This document shows, piece after piece, positions 1 through 8,015 of a stretch of DNA of 38,116 nt (positions are counted from its first letter, which is position 1; the number at the start of each line of letters is the position of its first letter). The stretch is from a virus (Duplodnaviria; Heunggongvirae; Uroviricota; Caudoviricetes). Location of the stretch: the IMG/VR virus record IMGVR_UViG_2541047893_000008. One strand, 5' to 3'. A model generated the notes under the pieces. The model did not search any database. It saw only the letters and a list, made by a program, of their open reading frames with translations, and had not been told where the DNA came from. The translations under genes were made by a program, and so were the position numbers.

Positions 1-1005
1 TTAATCCCCCGTGGACACTGCGTGGACACTTACGCCACCTTTCAGCGGATTAAGGGCCACCGCATCCTGCAGGTAATCCGGTGCAAAATGCGCATATGCC
101 ATTGTTTGCTGAATGGTTGCGTGACCAAGAATCTTCTGAAGCGCAATAATGTTTCCTCCGTTCATCACAAAATGGCTGGCGAACGTATGCCGCAGCACAT
201 GTGCAGCCTGGCCTTTTGGTAAATCGGGCTTAACTCTTTTCAGCGCCAGGCAGAATTCCCGGTACTTCACCTCAAACAAGCCGCCTGTTTCTCTGGTTTT
301 GATCGCCTCACAAACTGCCTGCGAAATTGGCACTGTTCTCTTCCGGCCATTTTTGGTTTCAAGAAACGTTACACGGTTATGAACTATCTGTTCACCACGA
401 AGCTTACAAGCTTCACTCCAGCGCGCCCCTGTGCTTAAACACAAAAGCGCAACACGCCAGTAGTCGCCCTCCAGTGTATCGAGCAATAGCGCCACTTCCT
501 TCTGTGACAGGAACGCCATTTCTCGTGGAGATACATAAAGAATAGAAATTCCCCTTACTGGATGTTCTGCATCCCAAAGACCTATTTTTTTCAGCACGGT
601 AAACATTCCGGATAACCGATTCATGTACCTGTTAGCAGATGACGGTTTCAATCCTTCAGCTATCTTTTGAGAACGCCACGCGATAATTTTCAGCTTATCA
701 AGATCCACAGCCTGCATATCAGCGCCAAGCTCATTGATTATGTTGCGCAGTTGTTTTCGGTCTTCTTCCGCCTTACGCCTGTGCTGGCCGTGATACATCC
801 ACCACAACTCAAGCAAATCATTTAGCGTTCGACGATCACGGTAGCCCTGTATATATTCCCGCTTTTCAGCGTTCGCCATGATGTAGCGTTCAGTGGCCAC
901 CGCTACCGATTTTTTGTCAAATACCTTACGCACGCGCTTTCCCTTGCGTCCGTTCGGCCTGATGTCCAGCAAATAACGACCATCTTCGAGCTTCTTAATC
1001 GACAT
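1..1005 (-). CDS. int: Tyrosine integrase (P2 Int family)
   Basis: ORF 1..1020 on the minus strand; likely start at the internal Met (MSIKKLEDGRY...), matching the P2 Int N-terminus from memory. C-terminal catalytic region has LRHTFA (H-x-x-R) and GHATIQQTMAYAHF (Tyr nucleophile) motifs. Confidence 0.9.
   Translation of the reverse strand: MSIKKLEDGRYLLDIRPNGRKGKRVRKVFDKKSVAVATERYIMANAEKREYIQGYRDRRTLNDLLELWWMYHGQHRRKAEEDRKQLRNIINELGADMQAVDLDKLKIIAWRSQKIAEGLKPSSANRYMNRLSGMFTVLKKIGLWDAEHPVRGISILYVSPREMAFLSQKEVALLLDTLEGDYWRVALLCLSTGARWSEACKLRGEQIVHNRVTFLETKNGRKRTVPISQAVCEAIKTRETGGLFEVKYREFCLALKRVKPDLPKGQAAHVLRHTFASHFVMNGGNIIALQKILGHATIQQTMAYAHFAPDYLQDAVALNPLKGGVSVHAVSTGD
11..29. repeat. attL core (direct repeat gtggacactgcgtggacac), overlaps 3-prime end of int
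   Basis: The 19-mer recurs at 36936-36954 with one mismatch (gtggtcactgcgtggacac), exactly bracketing the prophage gene set. It encodes the last residues (SVHAVS) of the integrase on the minus strand. Confidence 0.6.
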
Positions 1006-1101
1006 TACGAAGCCCTCCAATGAACCGCTCTACAATTTCTCCAGCCTCTTTCCAGCAATAATCAGACCAGACAAAAAGCAGGTCTAACCAGTTTTCTGGC
1101 C

Positions 1102-1422
1102 TCAGCGGGATAATTTTTGGATTGTTTCGGTTGAAACGCGATCTCCCTCCGAATTGCAGGAACCATCAAGAGAGAGAGCCGGAGAAATTTGCCCGACCTC
1201 CGGCATCGTTTCATCTGTTGATAACCAATAAGCATACTTCTTAAATTTAGGGTGTTTCGTAACCTTAAGTAAGGCACCCTCTGTTACTTGCTTCCCCCTC
1301 ACCTCATAGTTAGTTACCGTCCCATAAGGCAGCCCAACACAATCCGCAAACTCCTGGCGGGTCATACCTTCTGCTTCACGAATCAGGCGAAATTTTTCAC
1401 CCATGCTTGACAAAGATGCCAT
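1102..1422 (-). CDS. C: P2 C-type immunity repressor (HTH)
   Basis: Small leftward ORF downstream of int and divergent from cox. HTH segment MTRQEFADCVGLPYGTVTNYE and C-terminal WLSTDE...GQISPAL resemble P2 repressor C. Start chosen at the ATG giving MASLSS..., preceded by GGAGGA; the ORF could extend to 1476. Confidence 0.75.
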   Translation of the reverse strand: MASLSSMGEKFRLIREAEGMTRQEFADCVGLPYGTVTNYEVRGKQVTEGALLKVTKHPKFKKYAYWLSTDETMPEVGQISPALSLDGSCNSEGDRVSTETIQKLSR

Positions 1423-1480
1423 ATCGGGCATATCCTCCATCGCAACATGCCACATCGGGCACAAACATAAAAACACTCAA

Positions 1481-1510
1481 ATAAGCCGATATAAGCCATT
1501 TTGAGCCATT
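1481..1510. promoter_or_regulatory. Candidate early operator: three helically phased direct repeats (AAGCCGAT / AAGCCATT / GAGCCATT, 10-bp period) in the C-cox switch region
   Basis: Seen in the divergent intergenic region between C and cox. P2-type C repressors bind direct repeats overlapping the early promoter. Confidence 0.4.
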
Positions 1511-1535
1511 CGAACGAATTAGGGAGATTACCACA

Positions 1536-1823
1536 ATGAGCGAATCAGAGCTTGGGGGGTTCATTCAGGTAGCACCATATCCACTTGAAGCGGTGCCATA
1601 TCAACTATTCGCCAAGATGATCGGCCGCAAGGAATCCACAGTCAGAACCATGATTGACGCAGCAAAGCTACCGACAATTGACTTTGTGAAACCAGGTTCA
1701 GTAAAGACGCGTGCATCAGAAAACTGGGTATATCTGCCAGCATTTAACGAAGGCATGCGCAAAGCGTTTTTTGAGCAACCGAAAGAACGCCGCGACGCAT
1801 GGTTGTTGTGGCTGGGACTTTAG
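1536..1823 (+). CDS. cox: Cox-like excisionase / early-promoter regulator
   Basis: 95-aa ORF divergent from C with RBS AGGGAG. Sequence (PYQLFAKMIG...TVRTMID...KLPTIDF...ENWVYLPAFNEG...RRDAWLLWLGL) resembles P2 Cox. Confidence 0.85.
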   Translation: MSESELGGFIQVAPYPLEAVPYQLFAKMIGRKESTVRTMIDAAKLPTIDFVKPGSVKTRASENWVYLPAFNEGMRKAFFEQPKERRDAWLLWLGL

Positions 1824-1829
1824 TCATAA

Positions 1830-2036
1830 ATGACCAGCCATATCATCAGCGCCATTCTGACCCTTGTTTTTATTGAGATAGGCGTAATAGAGATCTATTT
1901 GTTTCGCAAGTTAACGGGACATGAAGAACGCTTTATTGAACTCAGCATTGAATATATCGCCACTTATACCAAAGGACTTTTCCCGGCAGCTATTGGGGCG
2001 ATGTTTATAGCGTTTGTTATCTGGTTTATCGGGTGA
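1830..2036 (+). CDS. Small hydrophobic early protein (two predicted TM helices)
   Basis: 68-aa ORF directly after cox in the early operon; strongly hydrophobic. No family recognised. Confidence 0.45.
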   Translation: MTSHIISAILTLVFIEIGVIEIYLFRKLTGHEERFIELSIEYIATYTKGLFPAAIGAMFIAFVIWFIG

Positions 2037-2076
2037 GAAACCTGACAACCCACAACTACTGCAATGAGGGTAATTA

Positions 2077-2184
2077 TGTGTGGCATGGACAAATTGGACC
2101 TTATGTTAATTGTAATACTATCAATTAACTTCGGTTACCTCTTAAGCGGCGCAATTCTCATGTGCGGAGGCAAACGAAAATGAA
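2077..2184 (+). CDS. Tiny putative membrane peptide (35 aa)
   Basis: ATG preceded by GAGGG; hydrophobic core LMLIVILSINFGYLLSGAIL; its stop overlaps the next ATG (ATGA). Below the ORF-track size cut-off; coordinates +/-2. Confidence 0.3.
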
Positions 2185-2288
2185 CCAGCAGTCCGCAAAA
2201 CGTGAAAACAATGCGATGCGATTTAATCGCAAATATTTTGAGTTCGGCCTCTATGCCGGAATAATTAAATCTGTACAGAGTCTTTAAC
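2181..2288 (+). CDS. Tiny basic peptide (35 aa), translationally coupled
   Basis: ATGA overlap with the preceding peptide and ends immediately before the ATG of the 2289 ORF. Speculative. Confidence 0.25.
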
Positions 2289-2630
2289 ATGAAACAGCAA
2301 CGTAATTCACGCTTTCGCAATGGTGCAGAACGCCACGCTAACCGTTTTGCTACCAGTGCATCACGCAGCAACATCCGCTACAGCCTGAGTGATACACACG
2401 CAACGCCGGATGGCTACCCAGTAAAACAAATCGGCGAGCATGCCTGGCTGATTGAGAAAGCTGGAATCGTGATCCACAAATGCCCACGCAATCCGTTTAC
2501 CGGAAACCGCATTTTTGCTCTAAGCAGTGGCAACAATCAGTTCGGGCAGGATTTCACATTATACGAAGCACTTCGCACGGTTGATCGTCTGCTTCGCGGG
2601 CAAAGTTTTATTAAACAGGCTGATTTATAA
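2289..2630 (+). CDS. Hypothetical early protein (113 aa)
   Basis: ORF in the early operon, same orientation, tightly packed with neighbours. No family recognised. Confidence 0.55.
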   Translation: MKQQRNSRFRNGAERHANRFATSASRSNIRYSLSDTHATPDGYPVKQIGEHAWLIEKAGIVIHKCPRNPFTGNRIFALSSGNNQFGQDFTLYEALRTVDRLLRGQSFIKQADL

Positions 2631-2640
2631 CAGGTGCTTT

Positions 2641-2928
2641 ATGACCAAAGACCATGCACAAGGTGTATTTATCCGTTTTATTGATTTTCGCGGTGAACTG
2701 TTATTACGTGCATCCGCTATTGACGGAGTAACTCCGGCGGGTAAAAACGGAGCCGACGAAGCCACTTACGTTTATCTGAACGGCACGCGACTGCTTGTGG
2801 AACTTCCGTACCAGACCGTACGAGAAATCATTAGCGAAGCTGAAAAGGCACGCCAGGTTAATGGCGATGAACCCTATATCGAAATTATTTGTATGGATTC
2901 AGAAGCTGAAATACAGAAAGCAGATTAA
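2641..2928 (+). CDS. Hypothetical early protein (95 aa)
   Basis: Internal ATG of track ORF 2527..2928 (MTKDHAQGVF...), chosen because it follows the stop of the upstream gene. Confidence 0.55.
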   Translation: MTKDHAQGVFIRFIDFRGELLLRASAIDGVTPAGKNGADEATYVYLNGTRLLVELPYQTVREIISEAEKARQVNGDEPYIEIICMDSEAEIQKAD

Positions 2929-2939
2929 AGGGCGTTGTG

Positions 2940-3182
2940 ATGGGCAAAGAATATAAAACTCTCATTAACAAAGCACTTGAGCGTTTTTATTTTCGCTTAA
3001 GTGCATCAGGCGCTCATGCTGAACGTGCGGCCCGTGACTCATTGACCAGAGCAATCCGAAGTCTGTATGACGTGGCTTTTTACGCTGATGATCTGGATGC
3101 ACTTAACGAACTTTCCGAGCTGATCTGTGCCGCAGAGTGCGGGGAACATATTGAACCGTATAAGCTGGGGAATATCGCATGA
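2940..3182 (+). CDS. Hypothetical early protein (80 aa)
   Basis: ATG at 2940 in track ORF 2937..3182; stop overlaps the next small ORF. Confidence 0.55.
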   Translation: MGKEYKTLINKALERFYFRLSASGAHAERAARDSLTRAIRSLYDVAFYADDLDALNELSELICAAECGEHIEPYKLGNIA

Positions 3183-3292
3183 GTATATTTATCTCATGGC
3201 TTGTTCTGATTATTTCGGTGGCCTGCGCTATTGGGATTATGCGAATTATTCATTCAATAAAAAAGATTGAACGCTTTTTCACTGGCGAATAA
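3179..3292 (+). CDS. Tiny putative membrane peptide (37 aa)
   Basis: ATGA overlap with the upstream gene; hydrophobic (SIFISWLVLIISVACAIGIM). Below the ORF-track cut-off. Confidence 0.3.
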   Translation: MSIFISWLVLIISVACAIGIMRIIHSIKKIERFFTGE

Positions 3293-3377
3293 CAGAGCAA
3301 ATAAAACCACAGATTAAATAAGAAAATGTAAAACAATCCGCATTCGCGGAGGTATTCGCACACGCCAAGGAGGCGTA

Positions 3378-3581
3378 ATGGCAATTAAGCATTTTCCTGT
3401 CGTTCGTTTTACCTCCAGAGGGCGTGAATACGAAGTCGACGAACGCCTGATTACCACAATCGACAAACACCGTTCAGAAAAGGATGCACATCACATCTAT
3501 CTCACTGACGGCACTTACTTCTGCGCCACGAATGTGGTGCGGGTGAACCTTATCCGACAGGTACAGGAGTCACGCAGATGA
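3378..3581 (+). CDS. Hypothetical early protein (67 aa)
   Basis: Strong RBS (AAGGAGG) 6-8 nt upstream of the ATG; stop overlaps the next start. Confidence 0.6.
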   Translation: MAIKHFPVVRFTSRGREYEVDERLITTIDKHRSEKDAHHIYLTDGTYFCATNVVRVNLIRQVQESRR

Positions 3582-3823
3582 CCATTCTGGACTATATCGC
3601 CGCCAATCCGGGGTGTAGCGGTGGAGAAATCGCCGCAGCACTGAATACCCCAACCACAGCCATTAATGCGGAGTTACGCCGACTCTGGCGCAGCGGTTCA
3701 GTCATAAGAAAAGAGCGCAAAACAGGCGGTCGCTTTTCTTACCAGATAAACCCGATGCCGTTCGGGTGCGGCAATCCACTTACCAACATGTTTAACCAGC
3801 TACTGAAGGAAGCCAGAGCATGA
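3578..3823 (+). CDS. Small putative winged-helix DNA-binding protein
   Basis: 81 aa, translationally coupled; pattern (DYIAANPGCSGGEIAAALN...ELRRLWRSGSV) is typical of small wHTH regulators. Inference only. Confidence 0.6.
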   Translation: MTILDYIAANPGCSGGEIAAALNTPTTAINAELRRLWRSGSVIRKERKTGGRFSYQINPMPFGCGNPLTNMFNQLLKEARA

Positions 3824-4119
3824 GCGCCATCAACCACCAGGAATTACGCGAACTGGCGACTGACCTGCAACGAATGGCAACGCCTCAAAAATTACTGGCG
3901 TTTCGCGCAATGCTCTCGCCGTCTGCTGTGCTGGCGCTGCTGGATGAGCTGGAGCACGCCAGAACCACACCTCTCGCCATTCGCCTGACGCTCCGTCATG
4001 AAATCGAGGATTTCTGCGCGACGTTGGAGGCGCCAGGCGAACCGGAAACGCCGGAAGCAATACAGCAAGAGCTGCTGCAACGCATTGACAAGGTTTTTGA
4101 TTTTTTTCTGAACCACTAA
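3820..4119 (+). CDS. Hypothetical early protein (99 aa, acidic)
   Basis: ATGA-coupled ORF continuing the early operon. Confidence 0.55.
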   Translation: MSAINHQELRELATDLQRMATPQKLLAFRAMLSPSAVLALLDELEHARTTPLAIRLTLRHEIEDFCATLEAPGEPETPEAIQQELLQRIDKVFDFFLNH

Positions 4120-4441
4120 GAAACCAGAACATGCACACACAAAAAAACCGCTTGCCATGCCGCAATCAGTCAGGTTACATTTCCGCTGCACCTCACAAAA
4201 CGGGTGCCGGGTTTCGCAGCCTGCTGACTACACAAGCGCACAACCGCGCCAGCGTTTTTTTTGTGCGTACTGTATTGCCACGTTTTTTTCGCGTCAGAAT
4301 TATGGCGGGGCGTACGGGGCCGACTTCGGTCGGGCCGGGTTCTTGTGTAGCCGGTACTGCGAACCTCGTACGTCTCGCCACCCACAGTTTCGCAGCTCTG
4401 GATGGTGAGTTTTCACAACTTACTACACAAGGGGCCACACC

Positions 4442-4672
4442 ATGGCAAACCGCAAACCACACCGCGCTATCGCGGAGCGTCGTCACATCCAGACTGAAAT
4501 CAACCGCAGACTTTCCCGCGCATCACGCGTCGCGCAAATCATGCACATCAATATGCTGCATGAGCGCAGCCACGCACTATCAAACATTTATTCCGCCTCT
4601 GTTTTCAGCTATCTGGCGGATGATCTGCACGAGCTTCAACAGCTCATCCAGCAGCAAAACAAACTCCATTAA
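4442..4672 (+). CDS. Hypothetical small basic protein (76 aa)
   Basis: ORF following the repeat-rich non-coding stretch 4120-4441; weak RBS (AAGGGG). Confidence 0.4.
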   Translation: MANRKPHRAIAERRHIQTEINRRLSRASRVAQIMHINMLHERSHALSNIYSASVFSYLADDLHELQQLIQQQNKLH

Positions 4673-4744
4673 CTCCTGTTCCGGGCCTTTCCTGCACCTT
4701 GCGGCGGGAGGCCTTCGCACATCTGTAACAAGAGGATTGCCGCA

Positions 4745-5110
4745 ATGATTCTCGCCAACGACTTTCTTGAATACCTGCTCAACACAGAACGTGATCTTGC
4801 CGCTCGCGTGCGTGATCGTTATGACATGTACCTGAAATCCCTGCCTGTACCGCAGCTCGCTGACGGAAAGATTGTTATTGATGGTCGCTACATGATTGAC
4901 AGCCACGAGGGAAATTACAGGCTTTACCGCATTGAAGGTGGCACCCCGTCCGTTATTGGCATTTACCAGCGCCCATCCTCTGCAATCGTCGATGTGATTG
5001 CCGACAGCATCCGCATCACACATCGCCATGCCGACACAGAAGACACCGTGCTGGAAATTCAGCGGCTGGCTACAGTCTGCCGCGACACCCTGAATGGCAT
5101 GACGAAGTAA
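4745..5110 (+). CDS. Hypothetical early protein (121 aa)
   Basis: RBS AAGAGGA upstream; immediately precedes the replication gene. Confidence 0.6.
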   Translation: MILANDFLEYLLNTERDLAARVRDRYDMYLKSLPVPQLADGKIVIDGRYMIDSHEGNYRLYRIEGGTPSVIGIYQRPSSAIVDVIADSIRITHRHADTEDTVLEIQRLATVCRDTLNGMTK

Positions 5111-5116
5111 ATCACT

Positions 5117-7939
5117 ATGACGGCAGAGTACATCAGGGACTGGCAACAACCGCGCCACGCAGTGGGGCGTGAAGGAACGGGGATCCCCGCTCCTGAATCC
5201 GCGCTTTCCTCCTGGCTGGATGCCTACCGGGTAGAGAACGAGCACCGCCAGGAAATGGCTGATGCGGCGTTCTCCGCAACGCCGCTGGGCAACCTGATTA
5301 ATAAAAGCCTGAACGCACAGGAAAAACAGGACAAAACCATCACACTGGCAGGAGATGCCAGAAAACAGGCACGCGGCGCGGTGGATGAAGCCATGGCCTC
5401 GCTGCGCCTGCTGCCGTCCTATCTGCGCGATCCGCTTATTCGCCACCTCTCCTTCCTGCGCAAAAAACAGGAAGCCGATCGTCAGAAAGGCAAAAAGAGC
5501 TGGCAGGCTGAACGCTACGCGCGCGGAAACCTGCGCAAAATATTCGAACGTCTGGATCGCACCGATCACCGCTGGCTGACACAGGGTTATCGCTCCCTTG
5601 CCGGACGCGAACGCCTGGACGATTTGCTTTACCTGCCGCAGCTCAACAAACACCAGATACAGACACTGGCCACCATGACGGCGGCGATGTTCAGCAGCAC
5701 CTTCGAAAAACTCTGCGATGGCTTTGGCGCGACCGATGGCGAACTGACCATGGATGTAACGCTGAAGGCGTATCAGATGCTGGCCCGCATGGCGTTACAC
5801 CTGCACGCCATGCCTCCACATTATGACGCACTGACAACAGACAAAGACCGGAGGAACGAACCGGACACGGAGCTGCTGCCGGGCGCAATCCTTCGCCTGA
5901 CCTGTGCAGAATGGTGGAAACGCAAACTGTGGCTGTTACGTTGCGAGTGGAGAGAAGAACAACTCCGCGCCGCCTGTCTGGTTTCCAGAAAAACATCGCC
6001 CTATCTGAGCCAGGACGCGTTAAGCGAGTTTCGCGCACAGCGCGAGAAAACACGCGATTTCCTGAAAAGTTTCATGCTGGAAAATGAAGACGGGTTCACG
6101 ATTGATCTCGAGACGGTGTATTACGCGGGAGTAAGTAACCCGGTTCACCGTAAGGCAGAAATGATGGCCACCATGAAGGGGCTGGAACTTCTGGCCGAAG
6201 CCCGTGGCGACAAAGCGGTGTTTCTGACTGTCACCTGCCCGTCAAAATACCACGCCACAACAGAGAACGGTCATCCGAATCCCAAATGGAACGGGGCCAC
6301 CATGCGCGACTCCAGCGATTACCTGGTTAACACGTTTTTTGCGGCGGTCCGCAAAAAACTGAACCGCGACGGTCTTCGCTGGTATGGCATCCGCACGGTG
6401 GAGCCTCACCATGACGGCACCGTGCACTGGCATATGATGGTCTTTGCGCATCCGGAAGAAATCGACAGCATCGTGGCCATCACCCGCGATATTGCCATTC
6501 AGGAAGACCGCCACGAGCTGGGCAATGATATTACTCCGCGCTTTAAGGCGGAGTATGTCGACGGCTCAAAAGGCACACCAACCAGCTATATCGCGACCTA
6601 CATCGGAAAGAACCTGGACAGCCGCGCCGTGGATGGCATCGACCCGAAAACGGGCAAGCCACGCGTTGACCACGAAACCGGAAAATCAATGGCCGAGAGT
6701 GTGGAGCGCGCCATCGGCTGGGCGCGCCTTCATCGGGTCCGCCAGTTCCAGTTCTTTGGCATCCCCTCCCGTCAGGTGTGGCGTGAACTGCGCCGCCTTG
6801 CCAGCCAGATGGCACGCAACCCGGAAGGCCCGCAACGACTGAAAGATGACGCAATGGATGCGGTACTCGCTGCCGCCGATGCCGGGTGTTTTGCCACCTA
6901 CATTGAAAAACAGGGCGGCGTACTTGTTCCACGCAAAGACTACCTGATTCGCACCGCCTACGACCTCGCAGATGAGCTGAATGATTACGGCGAACAGAGC
7001 GTACAGATTTACGGGATCTGGTCACCACTCATCGGGGAATCCTCCCGTGTGTGCACGCATCCGGATAACTGGAAACTGGTAAGACGTAAACCGGAAACGG
7101 AAGACAGCGCCCGCGAAAATGGTTTTGACCTTCAGGGCGGCCCTGCCGCCCCTTGGACTCGTGGCAATAACTGTCCCCGTGTACAGGAAACGGACAACAA
7201 CGGGACAGAACAGCCGGAAGAACGGCCAGCACCGTGGCCGCAGCTCCCTGACGGCGTTGAAGTGAACGAATGGATGCGCTCACTGAAACGACACGAACGC
7301 CGGGCGCTGATGCGTTCGCTTCGTGACAAACAGGCAAAAAACAGCAGCGATGAAATGCAGAGCTGGACACAGAGCCGCAAACAGCAGCGGCCTTTGCCTG
7401 ATAACCACGAATTACTCGCTAAAGAATGGCGGGAGTCTGCTGAATCTCTCGGCCTGCATATCGGTGAACAACAGATGCAGCACCTGTTACGGGGCGGCAG
7501 TCTGTACGTTGACGGCAGCATCATTGCACCGCAGGGATTTGAAATTGTACGCAAACCGGATACCCGCCCGGACAGCCGAATCACGCAGCTCTGGCAGCGC
7601 CTGAGCCGTAATCACGGCGTAAGCAGCACGGAGATCCGCCATAACCCGGTCTCCAGCTATCTGGCACAGCTCGGGGCATCAGACCCCGAAGCCGCCGCAC
7701 GCCTGGCATCCACACTTCAGCAGGTCCAGAACACCATGAAAACACCCGTTACCGTGCTTTCTGACATGCTGCGCGCCATTCGTGACGCAGAGCACGCACA
7801 GAGAATCAGAGAAACCACTGAACGCGCCCGCCGCAAAGCAAACCTGCTGAGGACTGGCCTGACCAGTGGAAACAAAAAACAGACAGAAACGGGATTCACA
7901 AATCCCGTAAATGAGCAAAAAACGCGCCGCGATATATGA
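5117..7939 (+). CDS. A: Rolling-circle replication initiation endonuclease (P2 gpA family)
   Basis: 940-aa ORF with HUH motif (HWHMMVF) and two-tyrosine motif (TSYIATYIGKN); conserved blocks (VFLTVTCPSKYH, GIRTVEPHHDGT) match P2 A. About 180 aa longer than P2 A at the C-terminus. Confidence 0.9.
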   Translation: MTAEYIRDWQQPRHAVGREGTGIPAPESALSSWLDAYRVENEHRQEMADAAFSATPLGNLINKSLNAQEKQDKTITLAGDARKQARGAVDEAMASLRLLPSYLRDPLIRHLSFLRKKQEADRQKGKKSWQAERYARGNLRKIFERLDRTDHRWLTQGYRSLAGRERLDDLLYLPQLNKHQIQTLATMTAAMFSSTFEKLCDGFGATDGELTMDVTLKAYQMLARMALHLHAMPPHYDALTTDKDRRNEPDTELLPGAILRLTCAEWWKRKLWLLRCEWREEQLRAACLVSRKTSPYLSQDALSEFRAQREKTRDFLKSFMLENEDGFTIDLETVYYAGVSNPVHRKAEMMATMKGLELLAEARGDKAVFLTVTCPSKYHATTENGHPNPKWNGATMRDSSDYLVNTFFAAVRKKLNRDGLRWYGIRTVEPHHDGTVHWHMMVFAHPEEIDSIVAITRDIAIQEDRHELGNDITPRFKAEYVDGSKGTPTSYIATYIGKNLDSRAVDGIDPKTGKPRVDHETGKSMAESVERAIGWARLHRVRQFQFFGIPSRQVWRELRRLASQMARNPEGPQRLKDDAMDAVLAAADAGCFATYIEKQGGVLVPRKDYLIRTAYDLADELNDYGEQSVQIYGIWSPLIGESSRVCTHPDNWKLVRRKPETEDSARENGFDLQGGPAAPWTRGNNCPRVQETDNNGTEQPEERPAPWPQLPDGVEVNEWMRSLKRHERRALMRSLRDKQAKNSSDEMQSWTQSRKQQRPLPDNHELLAKEWRESAESLGLHIGEQQMQHLLRGGSLYVDGSIIAPQGFEIVRKPDTRPDSRITQLWQRLSRNHGVSSTEIRHNPVSSYLAQLGASDPEAAARLASTLQQVQNTMKTPVTVLSDMLRAIRDAEHAQRIRETTERARRKANLLRTGLTSGNKKQTETGFTNPVNEQKTRRDI

Positions 7940-7980
7940 AGCGCGCACAAAACAGGCGAAAGCGGGATTTAAAAATCCCG
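7890..7980. repeat. Two near-identical 18-bp palindromes (cgggattCACAAatcccg at 7890-7907; cgggatttAAAAatcccg at 7963-7980) flanking the A stop codon, upstream of parM
   Basis: Seen in sequence: one copy inside the last codons of A, the other 36 bp upstream of the parM start. Candidate ParR operator/centromere-like site, terminator or ori-associated structure. Confidence 0.5.
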
Positions 7981-8015
7981 TAAACGGTTAATTAACCAAC
8001 ATAAGGAAAATCGAC

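Noticed and set aside
4131-4748. 205-aa plus-strand ORF spanning the repeat-rich region
   Set aside because: Overlaps hairpins and repeats and the better-supported 4442 ORF; biased composition (Ser/Thr/Arg/Cys) and no RBS. Region treated as non-coding or regulatory instead.
4580-5653. 357-aa minus-strand ORF
   Set aside because: Lies antisense to the 121-aa gene and the 5-prime part of gene A. Shadow ORF typical of GC-rich coding DNA; no RBS or homology.
6543-7584. Several 110-160-aa minus-strand ORFs inside gene A
   Set aside because: Antisense to a confidently identified replication gene; Arg/Cys-rich artefactual translations.
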